A DNA stretch of 64,000 nucleotides. It comes from Scyliorhinus canicula. Taxonomy: Eukaryota. The stretch covers positions 21,626,276 to 21,690,275 of the forward strand of contig NC_052147.1 of the NCBI RefSeq assembly GCF_902713615.1, given 5' to 3'. How positions within the stretch are numbered: position 1 is the stretch's first letter; each line of letters begins with the position of its first letter. This document shows, piece by piece, positions 33,607 through 46,436 of the stretch. The position numbers were made by a program, and so were the translations under genes. The notes below the pieces were generated by a model. It made no database searches and had not been told where the DNA came from. It saw nothing but the letters and a program-made list of their open reading frames with translations.

Positions 33607-34286
33607 GGGCGCGATTCTCCACTGCCCACGCCGGTTGGGAGAATAGCGGGAGGGCCTCCCGAAAGTTTTCACGCCCTCCCGTTATTCTCCCCCCCCCCCC
33701 CTCGCCCGACCCACATTACGAATCGCCGCTCGCCGTTTTTTACGGCGAGCGGCGATTCTCCGCGGCCGATGGGCCGAGCGGCCGGGCCTTTACGCCCGTT
33801 TTATCACAGCAGCAAACACACCTGCTTGCTGCCGTCGTAAAAACGGGTGCTGGATGCCCGTTTGGGGCATCCAGAGGCCCGTTTGGGGTGGGAGCACCAC
33901 CATTGTGCTCGGGAGCGGACAGGCCCGCGATCGGTGCCCACCGATAGTCGGGCCTGCGTCCAAAAGGGACGCACTATTTCCCCTCCGCCGCCCAACAAGA
34001 TCAAGCCGCCACATCTTGTTGGGCGGCGGTGGAGAAATGCTGAATCGCGCATGCTCGGGTTCTGTCAATGGCGTGATGACGTCACCCGCGCATGCACGGG
34101 TTGGAGCCGGCCGCGCGTCATCTTGGCGCGCGGCCTTAACGACGGTCGTTAAGGCCGCGTCGCCGTGATTCCCGGGGTCCCGCTCCTAGCCCTGATGGGG
34201 GTGGGGGGTGGGGGGGGGATCGGGTCCCGGGAACGGGTGTGAAGGCTGCCGTGAAACATGGCCAGTTTTTGCGGAGAATCTCGCCC
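33607..34286. mobile_element. 680-bp CpG-rich non-autonomous DNA transposon (Harbinger-like)
   Basis: TIRs GGGCGCGATTCTCC / GGAGAATCTCGCCC, 3-bp TSD TAG, internal perfect palindromes. Confidence 0.85.
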
Positions 34287-34454
34287 TAGAAGCGTTGTCA
34301 ACTATGGTGAAGATGGTCTTGAACTTCAAAAGGACACAGATATATTGGTGGATTGGGCAGACAAGTGGCAGGTGACGTTCAATGCAGAGAAGTGTGAGGT
34401 TTTGGCAGGAAGAATATGCAGAGACAGTATAAATAAATGGAGAAACACTTAAGG

Positions 34455-34630
34455 AAAGTGAAAATTGCTTATTGTCACGAGTAGGCTTCAAATGAAGTTA
34501 CTGTGAAAAGCCCCTAGTTGCCACATTCCGGCGCCTGTTCGGGGAGGCTGTTACGGGAATCGAACCGTGCTGCTGGCCGGCTTGGTCTGCTTTCAAAGCC
34601 AGTGATTTTGCCCTGTGCTAAACAGCCCCA
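34455..34630 (-). mobile_element. Short tRNA-derived SINE (head B + tail Y)
   Basis: Reverse complement of the 6314-6501 type. Confidence 0.8.
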
Positions 34631-34721
34631 GGAGCAGCAACAGGAGGTGCAGGAACAAAGGGCCCTCGGTATATATGTACAGAAGTCAATGAAGGTGGCA
34701 GAGCATATTAATAAAACATAT

Positions 34722-34893
34722 GGGGCAGGATTATCTATCCTGCCAACCCCGTTTTCCAGCATGGCGCACCCACACTGGCAGTGGGATCCTCCATTCCGGT
34801 TTTCCCATTGTGGCCATCCCATGCCATTGGGAAATGAGTGGGTGTGGGTCCGCTGCCGGCGAAGCAGAGGATCCCGTCGACGGAGGATCCCGC
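34722..34893. mobile_element. MITE
   Basis: Termini GGGCAGGATT ... GGAGGATCCCGC. Confidence 0.7.
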
Positions 34894-35012
34894 AGATAGT
34901 ATCCGAGGTTTGATTAATAGGAGCATTGAGTACAAGAGTAAGAAGGTCATGTTGAACTAGTAGTCCGGCCTCACCTGGAATGCTGCTTCCAGTTAGAGAT
35001 AGATAGATAGAG

Positions 35013-35285
35013 AAATACAGCACAGAACAGGCCCTTCGGCCCACGATGTTGTGCCGAACTTTTGTCCTAAGTTAATTATAGAATTTTGGACACTAAGGGC
35101 AATTTATCATGACCAATCCACCCAACCTGCACATCTTTGGACTGTGGGAGGAAACCGGAGCACCCGGAGGAAACCCACGCACACACGGGGAGGATGTGCA
35201 GACTCCACACAGACAGTGACCCAAGCAGGAATTGAACTTGGGACCCTGGAGCTGTGAAGCAATTGTACTATCCACAGTGCTGCCC
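35013..35285 (-). mobile_element. HE1-type V-SINE with internal deletion
   Basis: Head and V-domain plus GGCACAACATCGTGGGCCGAAGGGCC tail. Confidence 0.85.
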
Positions 35286-35891
35286 AGTTCTGGGCATCAT
35301 ACTTGAAGAAGGATGTGATGACAGAGGAGATTGACAAGAATGATTCCAAGGATAAATAACTAGCTCTGAGGATAGATTGAGGCGATTTGTTCTGATTTCC
35401 TTGGAAGAAGAAGGCTTGATGGATGTATTGAAGATCCCGAGTGCTACGGACAGGGTAGATAGTGAGAAACTGTTCCCTCTCAAGAACGAGAGGGCACAGA
35501 TTCAAAATAATGGGCAACAGAAGTAGAAGTGAGGTGAGGAAAATAATTTTCATCCAGAGGGTGGCTGGACTCTGAAACAAACTTGCTGAGCGGGCAGGTG
35601 GAGGCAAGTTCGATCAAGGTACTCAGAAAGGAATTTGATAGCTGTCTGAAAAGAAAGAATGTGCAAGGTCACGGGGATAAGGCAGGGAAGTGGGATTAGG
35701 TAGAATGCTCTTTCTGAGCATCAGTGCAGACTTGATAGGTTGAATGGGCCCCTTCTGCATTGTAAAGATTCTATGATTCTGTCTTCTTTCTTCGAGCACT
35801 CCCTGTAACTATGTACCTTTTGTCCTTTTTGCATGCTCCTATGTGGGACATTTCAAGGGTTTGCATACCGAATAGAGTTTGTGAATGAGCT

Positions 35892-36211
35892 CATAGAACA
35901 TAGAACATACAGTGCAGAAGGAGGCCATTCGGCCCATTGAGTCTGCACCGACCCACTTAAGCCCTCGCTTCCACCCTATCCCTGTAACCCCTCCTAACCT
36001 TTTTGGTGACTAAGGGCAATTAATCATGGCCAATCTACCTAACCTGCACGTCTTTGGACTGTGGGAGGAAACCGGAGCACCCGGAGGAAACCCACGCAGA
36101 CACGGGGAGAACGTGCAGACTCCACACAGACAGTGACCCAGCGGGGAATCGACCATGGGACCCTGGCGCTGTGAAGCCACAGTGCTAGCCACTTGTGCTA
36201 CCGTGCTGCCC
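35892..36211 (-). mobile_element. HE1-type V-SINE, full length
   Basis: Same subfamily as 19789-20103. Confidence 0.9.
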
Positions 36212-37054
36212 TGATCCTCATGCACAATCCTCAACTGGAAGTTCATTGGTTAGTTGGAGTGCATGATCAGCTATTGGTTGATTAGCATATTTCCATCTAA
36301 GGATGATTTCCCATCTCACTGTCATTATCTGTCTAGTTTCAACCAACCTTCAATTATTTCCACCAAGTTCTGTAAGTAACAGTTCTATTCAATTCAAATT
36401 GTTCTATTCAATTCAGCAGTATCACTTCAATTAACATTATCAATGCAATTAGCAAGTATCACAACCATCCGGTTTCCACAAAACAAACACTGCTCTGAAC
36501 TTGTATCCAGTCCATTAACTTCCTTCCTGACACAAGAGTAAGGGATTCAGAGACTTTGCAAGTGCATGCTTCTCTGAGTTTGAAGAGAGCAATAGCTAAT
36601 GGAAGAATCGGGTTTGGTGGATTGACACAGGAGTTCCCTCACACGTTAGCACAACATGAGCAGAAAACCTCCTGAAACCTTGGAAAGTGGTATAAACACT
36701 GATTGTGCCATTTTCCTGATGCCCCTGTGGCTTTTTCATCAATATTTCAGCAGACCATTGCTGAATGTTACTGGAAATTCAGCTCCCAGTCCCCCAAGTC
36801 GGGAATGAGCTTCAAGCACAAATAAAGACATATGGACCTCAAGTTGTTGCCAGGGTATGGCCTGCAGCAGCCTCTGGACAATGTTCAGGAGAATACTCTG
36901 ACAAGAACCAGTTGCTGGAACCGGAATGGCTAGAAATGCGGAGCAGTCGGGTCTGGGACACATTGAGGAAAGTGGGATACTGAAACACAGCACACATCTC
37001 ACCCTGTTAATATTACGTCAAATGGGAGTAAGTAGCAGATTAGACATTTTTTTT

Positions 37055-37287
37055 TCATTTAAAACATTTTTTTCAGAGTACCCAATTTTTTTTTTCCAAT
37101 TAAGGGACAATTTAGCATGGTCAATCCACCAACCCTGCACATCTTTTGGGTTGTGGGGGCGAAACCCAGGCAAACACGGGGAGAATGTGCAAACTCCACA
37201 CGGACAGTGACCCAGAGCCGGGATCGAACCTGGGACACCTCGGTGCCGTGAGGCAGCAATGTTAACCACTACGCCACCGTGCTGCCC
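37055..37287 (-). mobile_element. HE1-type SINE, short-tail variant
   Basis: Head and V-domain with tail Z; flanked by repeated GCAGATTAGACAT (TSD). Confidence 0.88.
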
Positions 37288-37539
37288 TGCAGATTAGACA
37301 TCACTTCACATGCCACAAATAGCCATGGTATCATATCTCGTGGAATACTCTCTTCAGCCTCAATGTTAACACTGCCCAAGGAGTACTGCTGCATTGCTGG
37401 CATTGATTTTAATGTACTCACCAATATTTTAGACTAGGGCATCTTGGAATTTGGGTCATTCAGCGGTGAACTGCAAACTGACTGATCTTTGCCAAGTCTC
37501 CTACTATTGCCAGAAGGGAGCGATCCTTGCATGCATCAT

Positions 37540-37985
37540 TAAAATGACAGAAACAGATGTAAAAATTACTCAAAAAGCCTAACTGGATGCTGGCCTTTAT
37601 TTAGAGGATTCAAATACAGGGGGGGGGGGGGGGGGGTGGAAACCATACTTCAGCTATACAAAGTCCCAGTTAGATCATGCCTGGAGTATTATGAGCCATT
37701 CTGGACATCACACCTAAGGAAGCATATATATGTCTTGGGGAGAGTGCAAAGTAAGTTTATCAGAATGCTACCTGGACTCCAAGGTGTTAAATTACTAGAA
37801 GCTATTAAACAAACTAGGGCTTTATTCCCCAGAATTTCAAAGGTAGGGGGAGGATTGGATCAAAGTTTTCAAAAATATTAAGGCAAACTCACCAGGTGGA
37901 TAGGGAGAAATTATTTTGACTGGTTGTGAAGTCTAATGCTAGAGGGCCATAGTCTAACAATTCGAGCAAGACCTTTCAGGAGTGA
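37540..37985 (+). mobile_element. CR1 LINE 3' fragment
   Basis: ILQLYKVPVRSCLEYYEPFWTSHLRK...RVQSKFIRMLPGL. Confidence 0.8.
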
Positions 37986-37991
37986 AACTAG

Positions 37992-38201
37992 GGGCTGGAT
38001 TCTCCGGCCCTTGTGCTTCATGTTTCTCACCGGCGGGAGGCATTGTGCCGTTCGCTGGTGGCAGTATTCCCTGTTCCTGCCGCTATCAATGGGATTTCAA
38101 ATTGAAGCCATCCCGCGCCGCTGGGAGCCCCATGGGCGGGGGTGCACTCCTGTCAGGACCAGAGACTTGCATCACCAGCAAACACCCAGAACATTCCAGC
38201 C
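37992..38201. mobile_element. MITE
   Basis: GGGCTGGATTCTCC ... TTCCAGCC termini with TAG on both flanks. Confidence 0.8.
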
Positions 38202-38206
38202 TAGAC

Positions 38207-40255
38207 AATAGGAACTTAGGAACAGAAGTCGGCCATTCGGCCCCTCAAGCTTGTTCCAGCATTCAATGAGATCTTGGACAATCTGTGACCTAGCTCCATA
38301 TACCTGCCTTTGGCCCATATCCCTTAATATCTTTGCTTCACAAAAATCTATATATCGCAGATTTAAAATTATCAACTTATCTCGCTTCAACTGCTGTTTG
38401 TAGGAGAGTGTCCCTAACTTCTGCCACCCTTTGAGTGAAGAAGTTCTTCCTCACATCTCTCCTAAACGGTCCAGCCCTAATTTTGTGTCTATGCCTGCTA
38501 GTTTTAGTATCTCCAATCAGTGGAAATATTTTATCTTTACCTATCCTGTCTTTTCCTGTTAATATCTTGAATAATTCGATCCAATCGCCCCTTAACCTTC
38601 TAAATGGGCAGCACGGTAGCACAGTGGTTAGCACTGTTGCTTCACAGCTCCGGGGTCCCAGGTTTGATTCCCGGCTTGGGTCTGTCTGTGTAGAGTCTGC
38701 ACGTTCTCCCCGTGTCTACGTGGGTTTCCTCCAGGTGTTCCAGTTTCCTCCCACAAGTCCTGAAAGACGTGCTGTTAGGTAATTTGGACATTCTGAATTC
38801 TCCCTCTGAATACCCAAACAGGCGCCAGAGTGTGGCGACTAAGTGGTTCTCATAGTAACTTCATTGCAGTGTTAATGTATGCCTACTTGTGACAATAAAG
38901 ATTCTTTTTTTTAAATTCGACCAAACAGGTCTAATTTGAGGAATCCCTCCTTGTAATTCAACTCCTGTAGTCTAGGTATCATTTTACTAAACCTACGATG
39001 CACTCCCTCCAAGGCCAAAATATCTTCAATCAGTTGTGGTGCCCAGAACTGCTCACAGTGACTCCAAGTGGGGACTAACCAGGGTTCTGTATAGTTGCAG
39101 CATAACCCCCGTGTCTTTATATTCCAATCCTCTACATAAAAATGCTAGCATTCCATTTGCCTTTTTGATTGTTTTCTGCACTTGTTCGTGGCATTTTAAG
39201 GATCTACACACCTGAACCCCACATCACTTTGAATATCCACTGTATCTAACCTTTTATCATTTAGAAAGTACTCTACTCTATCCTTCTTGGTCCAAAATGG
39301 ATAACATCACACTTGCTTACATCTGCCACAATTTTGCCTATTCATCTAGTCTATCAATATCTCCTTGCAATGTTATGCTATCGCCTAGGTTGTCTACAAT
39401 GCCGCCTAAATTTGTATCATCAGAAAATTTGGAAAGATGACTTTCTATACCATCATCCAAGTCCAAAAGTGTTGTAAAACGTCTTACTGTGATCATCCAA
39501 GTCAACACAGATCTCTATGGCACACCACTAGTCACCTCCTGCCAATTAGAGTAATGACCCATTAACCGCACTTTCTGTCGCCTGCCACTCAACCAATTTC
39601 CTAACCATGTCAATAAATTGCCCTCAACTCAATTCCACCTTATTTCACAGTCTCTTACGTGGGACTTTATCAAATGCCTTCTGGAAGTCCATATAAATAA
39701 CATCCATAGACATTCCCCTGTCCACTACTTTAGTCTCCTCCTCAAAAATTTCAATAAGGTTACTCAGGCATGACCTTCCCTTCATGAATCCGTGCTGGCT
39801 CTCCCTGATCGACCAAATTTTTTTCAGGTGTTCAGTTACCCCATCCCTGATTATAGATGCCAGCAATTTCCCACTACAGATGTTAGGTTAACGGATCTGT
39901 AATTCCCTGGTTTTCCCCTTTCACCTTTTGTAAAAAGCAGAGTGACATGTATAATTTTCCAATCCAGAGGGACTACATCTGAATCTAGGGAACTCTGAAA
40001 GATTATAGTTAGTGCATCTACAATGTGCCCCCCTACTTCCTTTAACGCCCTCAAATGGAAACTGTCACTCTTTAATACCATCAATTTCCTCATTACTGAT
40101 GCCCTACGTATGTTGATTGTATGAAGTCCCTGTCCTCTATTGACTTAATTTTTTGGGGACTTCTAGCAAGTTATTCTCCTCATGAACTATAAATACTGAA
40201 GCAAAGTTATTGTTCGACGTTCCTGCCATTTCCCCATCATCACTGACAATATCTA
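38207..40255 (-). mobile_element. CR1 LINE, ~2 kb RT-to-3' fragment
   Basis: KPGNYRSVNLTSVVG, SQHGFMKGRSCLSNLIEIFEE, DVIYMDFQKAFDKVP and a CR1 tail; interrupted by a SINE at 38605-38905. Confidence 0.92.
38605..38905 (+). mobile_element. Chimeric SINE (HE1 head + tail Y)
   Basis: HE1 head and V-domain plus CCTACTTGTGACAATAAAG tail. Confidence 0.88.
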
Positions 40256-41070
40256 AATTTTCAGCTTTTCGAAAGCACTTCTAATGTCAATTTGGAAATT
40301 TTTTAAATTTTGAACCTGAAATTGATCGTATGTCTGTCATCCATAGGCATTAAGGGATATGGGGAAACTGCTGGTACATGGAGTTAGATCACAGATCAGC
40401 CACAATCTCATTGAATGTTGGAACAGGATCAACAGGACAAATAACCTCCTCCTGTTGCTATTTTCCCATGGCAGAGAAGTTGGATGCCATCACCATTCTT
40501 AACAGCCTCTGGGAGTCATGTTGGTTCCTTATTGGGAGATTGAACTCATGAGGTGGCACAGTTCATCATTGCTGGAGACAAAACCTCTTTCTGCATTGCT
40601 TCTCGATAATGGACATGTTTCCTAGAGCAGTGACTCATCCTAGTAATCCTTCTATCTTCAAATGCTTCTTTGGCCCTTCTCTGATGCACATCTTCTTCAT
40701 CCTTCCACTCCTCTTCTTATCCTTTTTTTCTCCCTCCAACAACACCTCCAGCAATGTTAGATACATTGAAAGATTTATGCCATTCTATCTGCTGTGATGG
40801 ATTTCTGCTAATTCTCTCTATTTCCTTAATGCACCACTAGCACAATGTGGACTGAAAGACAAGCATGAGTAAATTTGTATGTTCAGCTTCAACTGATGCT
40901 TAGCAGCCACATATGTATTTAAAACTAATTCTAAAAGTCAAAATATGTTAAATAATTCCATATTGGGGAGAAACTTGTAAGCATGGACAAAATGCACTAA
41001 CTAATTGTTAATGCTAAAACACCAAATTACGACACATTAATACATGCTTAATAAGTACATTAGTGCCAAT

Positions 41071-41641
41071 TGTAATGTAAACACCTTTAAGAACTGGGTG
41101 TTTATCAAATAGCTGCAGTGATGTCACAGTGTGGGTGGAGCTGGGCTGTCTGTCTGCTTTGCTTTCATTTTTGAGGAGGCAGCTACAGTATATTTTAGTT
41201 TCGTATTCAGAGCTGGATAGCTGCAGGCAAAGTAAGCAGTTGTATATTGATCACTCTCTACAAGCTACAGACTGTCTTCAGCTCATTTGAGGATTTCAAA
41301 GTAATACTGGTTTCTGTAGTGAATTTAAACCTACTGTCTTTTTGTAAAAAGGGTATTTTGGTCTTATGGATGTTGTTAGGAAAGTTATGAAGGTTTACTT
41401 CTAGGATATTGTATCTGTGGGGATTATTGGTGTTGATAGTTGTTAAGATGTTTTCTGTGCGTTTATGAAGTGTTAACTGGATTTATAAATAAACATAGTT
41501 TTGTTTTAAAAGTACTTTAGATCTCTGTTGCATCACACCTGTAAAGTAGGCCCTTTCTCCATAACCACAATCTATTAAAAGTCGTGGGTCAGGTCAACTC
41601 CATGATACACTTTGGTGTTCTCTAAACCCTGGTCCATAACA
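41071..41641 (+). mobile_element. Solo LTR
   Basis: TGTAATG...CATAACA termini, 4-bp TSD CAAT. Confidence 0.85.
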
Positions 41642-41674
41642 CAATGGACAGATTAAATAAACATAAGAACATAA

Positions 41675-42078
41675 TGTCATAATATACACACAAGTATATG
41701 ATGGTGCACAGACAGGCATTGATTGACACACAGGATGACCAATGAACACACAGAACACAGCAGCCAATCACCAGACAGGACACGGCCACTATAAAGCCAG
41801 AGGGCACTAGTTTTCCCGCTCTCTTGGGATGCAGCCTCTGAGACACTCAGAGCCCGTGAGCAACAACTAGAACGTCCACCATATGGTAGTAAGATAGTCT
41901 GGTCAGGTTAGCCTCAGGTTTCCAGTCAACTCAGCATAGTGTCAACCCACAGTTAAAGTATGTTTGATAGTTAAGAGTTCAATAAAATAAAGTTGCATTT
42001 CTTCAAGTGTTGGAAGCCTGTCTCTCTCACTGCTACAGTAAACACAGTCCTCGCAGACCCAGCTTACCCAACACATCA
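41675..42078 (+). mobile_element. Solo LTR
   Basis: TGTCAT...CATCA termini, 5-bp TSD CATAA, two CCAAT boxes, TATAAA, AATAAA; inserted in a CR1 tail. Confidence 0.9.
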
Positions 42079-42083
42079 CATAA

Positions 42084-42740
42084 CAATTAGGAGCAGGAGT
42101 AGGCCATCCGCCCCTCGAGCCTGCTTCGCTATTCAGTGAGATCATGACTGATCTTTTGTGGACTCAGCTCCACTTTCCGGCCCGAACACCATAACCCTTA
42201 ATCCCTTTATTCAAAAATCTATCTATCTTTATCTTAAAAACATTTAAGGAAGGAACCTCAACTGCTTCACTGGGTAAGGAATTCCATAGATTCACAACCC
42301 TTTGGGTGAAGAAGTTCCTCCTAAACTCAGTCCTAAATCTACTTCCCCTTATTTTGAGGCTATGTCCCCTAGTTCTGCTTTCATCCACCAGGGGAAACAA
42401 CCTCCCCACATCTATCCTATCTATTCCCTTCATGATTTTATATGTTTCTATAAGAGCCCCCTCATCCATCTAAATTCCAATGAGTACAGTCCCAGTCTAC
42501 TCAAACTCTCCTCGTAATCCAACCCCTTCAGCTCTGGGATTAACCTAGTGAATCTCCTCTGCACACCCTCCAGCGCCAGTACGTCCTTTCTCAGGTAAAG
42601 AGACCAAAACTGAACACAATACTCCAGGCGTGGCCTCACTAACACCTTATACAATTGCAGCATAACCTTCCTAGTCTTAAACTCCATCCCTCTAGCAATA
42701 AAGGACAAAATTCCATTCTCCTTCTTAATCACCTGTTGCT
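42084..42740 (-). mobile_element. CR1 LINE 3' fragment
   Basis: LYKVLVRPRLEYCVQFWSLYLRKDVLALEGVQRRFTRLIP...TRGHSLKI...FFTQRVVNLWNSLP. Confidence 0.92.
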
Positions 42741-42789
42741 TAGTAGAGAATCAAAATGGAGGAAGGCATAAGGAGATAAAAAGACTGAG

Positions 42790-43150
42790 CTCCCATTCTG
42801 GAGCACTTCATATTTGAACCTATTTTCCTTGTGTTCAAATCCCATCATGGCCTCGTCTCTCCCTATTCCTGAGACCTCTTCCAGTTCTACAACCCTCTGA
42901 GGAACTGCGTTCCTTCAACAAGTGGCATGTTGTGAATTCCCCGATCACTTTGCTTCACCATTGGCAATTGTACCTTCAGGCATCTATTCCTTACACTCTA
43001 AAAATCCCTCCTCAAACCTCTCTGCCTTAATTCCTTTTAGGTGCTCCTTCAAACCCATTGTTTGGTCACTCCCCTTAATAGTTCCATTTTTTTGGCTCAA
43101 TGTGGATTTTTATGTGACTCCCCTACTGCGGAGTGCCTTGGAACACTTTC
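42790..43150 (+). mobile_element. Old L2-type LINE 3' remnant
   Basis: Similar to 21760-22090 and ~61900-62140. Confidence 0.55.
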
Positions 43151-44120
43151 TGCTGATTCTCCAATTCTGGAATGCTTATGAGGAATTCGGCCAACTGAAA
43201 AATGCAAAGCTGGTCAGGTTAAAGAAATGTGCTAATGCTTTGTGCGTGTTGAACAACAATTTACATTTCCACAACATCAATTTTCCATTAAAAACACTTC
43301 CATAAAGATATTTAGCAGAGAAGAAACGGATGCTGAGAGGTGATACAAGTGTTTGGAAGGAAAAGGAATACCAGAGACCAGGCCCGGCAGTAGAAGGCTT
43401 TATTTCCAATGGAGAGAGGGAGGGAGAATGACAATATGGGGCCCAGTGTCAGAGGACCAAAGTGTATGAAACAGGGCCCAGGAGCAGGGCTTTTGCAGAT
43501 GACTGAGGCCATGGAGGTAATTTTAAGGAGGGGTGATGGGCGAGAATGACTTGTGCAGGATAGGATATGGCAACATAGTTTTGAATGAGCTACCATTTGT
43601 ATCGGCTGGAATGCAAACGTTCAATGAGGGGCATGCTGGAAAAATCCAAGTTCAGCGCTAACAAAAGCACGAATAAGAGTTTCATCAGTGGCAGGTGATG
43701 TGTGCCTGGAATTATCTTGGTCATAGATAGGAAATGAAACTTAAGCAAATAGACAAGTAAAGCAGCTGTGAGAATCCCAAAATTTAATTGTGGAACTCTG
43801 TCTTACTCATGATGTGGTTTCATGGCAACCCACCTGGCAGCACACAAGCATAGTGGTGAAGAGGGAGAGTTTGGTCTTGTCACAACATATATGGCTGCTG
43901 CCCACATTGTGGGCAATGGGCAATGATGCAAAGCATGGCAACTTGATATATTCAAGAAGGGAAGGCATTGCTGCAGTTATACTGTGTCTTCTTCACAACA
44001 ATTAGAGGTAGAGAGGAAAGCTGAGCTTCATTGAATGGCCAATTGTAACATATGCAATTAGAACAGACTGATTTCTTTGTCTGTTGCAACTGCCTGACAG
44101 ATGATGTTATTGCTAATTTT

Positions 44121-44317
44121 AGTAAGAAGTCTTACAACACCAGGTTAAAGTCCAACAGGTTTGTTTCAAACACTAGCTTTTGGAGCACTGCTCCTTCCTC
44201 AGGTGAATGAGCAGTGCTCCGAAAGCTAGTGTTTGAAACAAACATGATGGACTTTAACCTGGTGTTGCAAGACGTCTTACTGTGCTCACCCCAGTCCAAC
44301 GCCGGCATCTCCACATC
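44121..44317. mobile_element. Short Penelope-like inverted-repeat element with 12-bp TSD
   Basis: Same family as 24291-24490; ATTGCTAATTTT at 44109-44120 and 44318-44329; hammerhead core on the minus strand with GAAA changed to AAAA. Confidence 0.82.
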
Positions 44318-44347
44318 ATTGCTAATTTTGATTGGAATATGTTCAAA

Positions 44348-45050
44348 CCATAGAATCTCTACAGTGCAGAAGAAGGCCATTCGGCCCATCGAGTCTCCAT
44401 CTTATCCCCTTAACCCTACCTAATCTATACATTCCTGAACACTAAGGGGCAATTTTATCATGGCCAACCCACCAAAACTGCACACCTTTGGACTGTGGGA
44501 GGAAACCAGGGCAGAGACAAGAAGAACGTGTAAAGTCCACACAGTCACCCGAGGCAGGAATTGAACCTGGGTCCTCTTATGTTATACTTTGTGGTAATAT
44601 GTTGTTACTCTTTGCCTTGTGATCCAGAATGGTCAGATGAGTTGATGATAAAGAAACCACCAATCTTTAATTTGAAGCAAAACTGATTTATTGAATAACG
44701 ATTAAAGTAAATAGAGTTTTCACACTCTACAGAGCTGTAACTATTAATAAAGTAAGATTGAGTTTGTTAAACATTAATCTATAATCTAGAATTAACTAAT
44801 GATGTCCTCGTGCTACTTCTCTCTAATCTAAACTAGTCCTTGAGCAGTGATCAATTGCTCTCCTCTGCTAACACTTCACTGACTATCCAGATTGCCTGAG
44901 TTCTAATATTTATACTAAGAACTGGTGGTGTCCTCTAGTGTTTGAATTACACTGAGATGTAATAATTAACCCTTCACTGGCATACATATATACATATCAT
45001 TACAGGCCCCTGGTACTGCGAGGCAGCAGTGCTAGCCACTGTGCCACTGT
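44348..45050 (-). mobile_element. HE1-type SINE split by a solo LTR
   Basis: SINE body at 44348-44574 resumes at 45005-45050. Confidence 0.8.
44575..45004 (-). mobile_element. Solo LTR inside a SINE
   Basis: Ends CATTACA; flanks GGTCC / GGCCC (one mismatch); TTTATT polyA signal on the minus strand. Confidence 0.75.
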
Positions 45051-45169
45051 TTTGGCCCTGTGATGTAAGCAAAATTTGTGGGTGAGTTAGGACCAGAGAT
45101 TGATGGGGATGTTTGGCCGATTACTCCCCTTAACAGGAATGCGACCTCATCACAGAAACCACAAGATAA

Positions 45170-46027
45170 TCATAGGTTAAGAAGGCCATTCAGCCCATCT
45201 CAATTCATCCATACAGAGAGATTTTACAAGAGTAGAAGCAGGCCGCAAAGCCTATTCCATCATTTAATGAGATCACAGGTGAACTATATGGTAACTCCAT
45301 TGACCTGACATAGATCCATATCACTCAGTACTCTGTTACAAAAGACCCATTGACCTCAGATTGAGCTGGAATCAACTGCTTTCTTGTGTGACAACGAGTT
45401 TCACATTTATATCACCCTTTGTGTGAAGAAATGTTTTCTCACTTCCCTCTTGAATAACCTGGCCCTGATTTTACAGTTATATCCCCTTGTCCCCTTGGCC
45501 TAGACTCCCCCACAACCAATGAAAAATGATTCTCTCTATCTCCATTTATCAATTCTTTTCATAAAATTAAAACCTCAATTAAATCGGCCTTCGATCTTCC
45601 ATATCCCAGGGAATCCTAGCTAATAATGACTATTATTAGTGTCACAAGTAGGCTTACATTAACACTGCAATGAAGTTACTGTGAAAAGCCCCCAGTCGCC
45701 ACACTCCGGCACCTGTTCGGGTACACAGAGGGAGAATTCAGAATGCCTAATTCACCTAACAGCATGTCTGTTGGGACTTGTGGAAGGAAACCGGAGCCCC
45801 CGGAGGAAACCCACGTAGATACGGGGAGAGCGTGCAGACTCCACACAGACAGTGACCCAAGCCGGGAATCGAACCTGGGTCCCCGGTGCTGCGAAGCAAC
45901 AGTGCTGCTCATAATTTGACATCTAGAACCCTGGTAGCATTCTGCAATAATTCCTTCCAAGGTTACTAGATCCTTCACAAGGTGTGTTGCCCAGAAATGG
46001 ACATTGTACTCCAGATGTGGCCTAATC
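45170..46027 (-). mobile_element. Decayed CR1 3' fragment containing a chimeric SINE (45622-45906, -)
   Basis: IRPHLEYNVHFWATHL motif and CR1 tail; the nested SINE has an HE1 head and tail Y. Confidence 0.75.
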
Positions 46028-46029
46028 TG

Positions 46030-46431
46030 AAACAAAAGCAGAAAATATTGAATCAACTCAGCAGCATCTGAGGAGAGAAAAACCGACCTTTTTATTTCCC
46101 AATTAAGGGACAATTTAGCATAGCCAATCCATCTAGCCTACACATCTTTGTGTTGTGGGGGTGAGACCCACGCAGGCACGGGGAAATGTGTACACAGACT
46201 CCACACAGGGATGGGATCAAACCCGGATCCTCGGCGAATGAGCCAGCAGTGCTAACCGTTGCACCACCGTGCTGCCCAACATTTCACATCTAAATGATCC
46301 TTCCACAGAACTGAGTTTGTGCAGAAGGATCATTTAACTCTGTTACTCTCTCCACAGATGCTGCTAGACCTGAGTTTAACCAGCATTTTCAATTTTATTT
46401 CAAATTTCCAGCATCCACAATATTTTGCTTT
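46030..46431. mobile_element. Penelope-like inverted terminal-repeat remnant containing an HE1 SINE (46088-46277, -)
   Basis: CAGCAGCATCTG..GAGAGA on the left pairs with TCTCTCCACAGATGCTGCT on the right. Confidence 0.7.
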
Positions 46432-46436
46432 CAGTT

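Larger units (their letters stand above)
33454..35780 (+). mobile_element. Fragmented CR1 LINE (pieces 33454-33603, 34290-34450, 34640-34990, 35285-35780)
   Basis: DWADKWQVTFNAEKCEV and later CR1 motifs are colinear once nested MITEs and SINEs are removed. Confidence 0.75.

Noticed and set aside
36739-37002. ORFs on both strands in unique sequence
   Set aside because: No recognisable homology or consistent splice-site pair.
40600-40860. Possible HARBI1 nuclease C-terminal remnant (acidic run on the minus strand)
   Set aside because: Too degenerate, with multiple stops and no intact motif.
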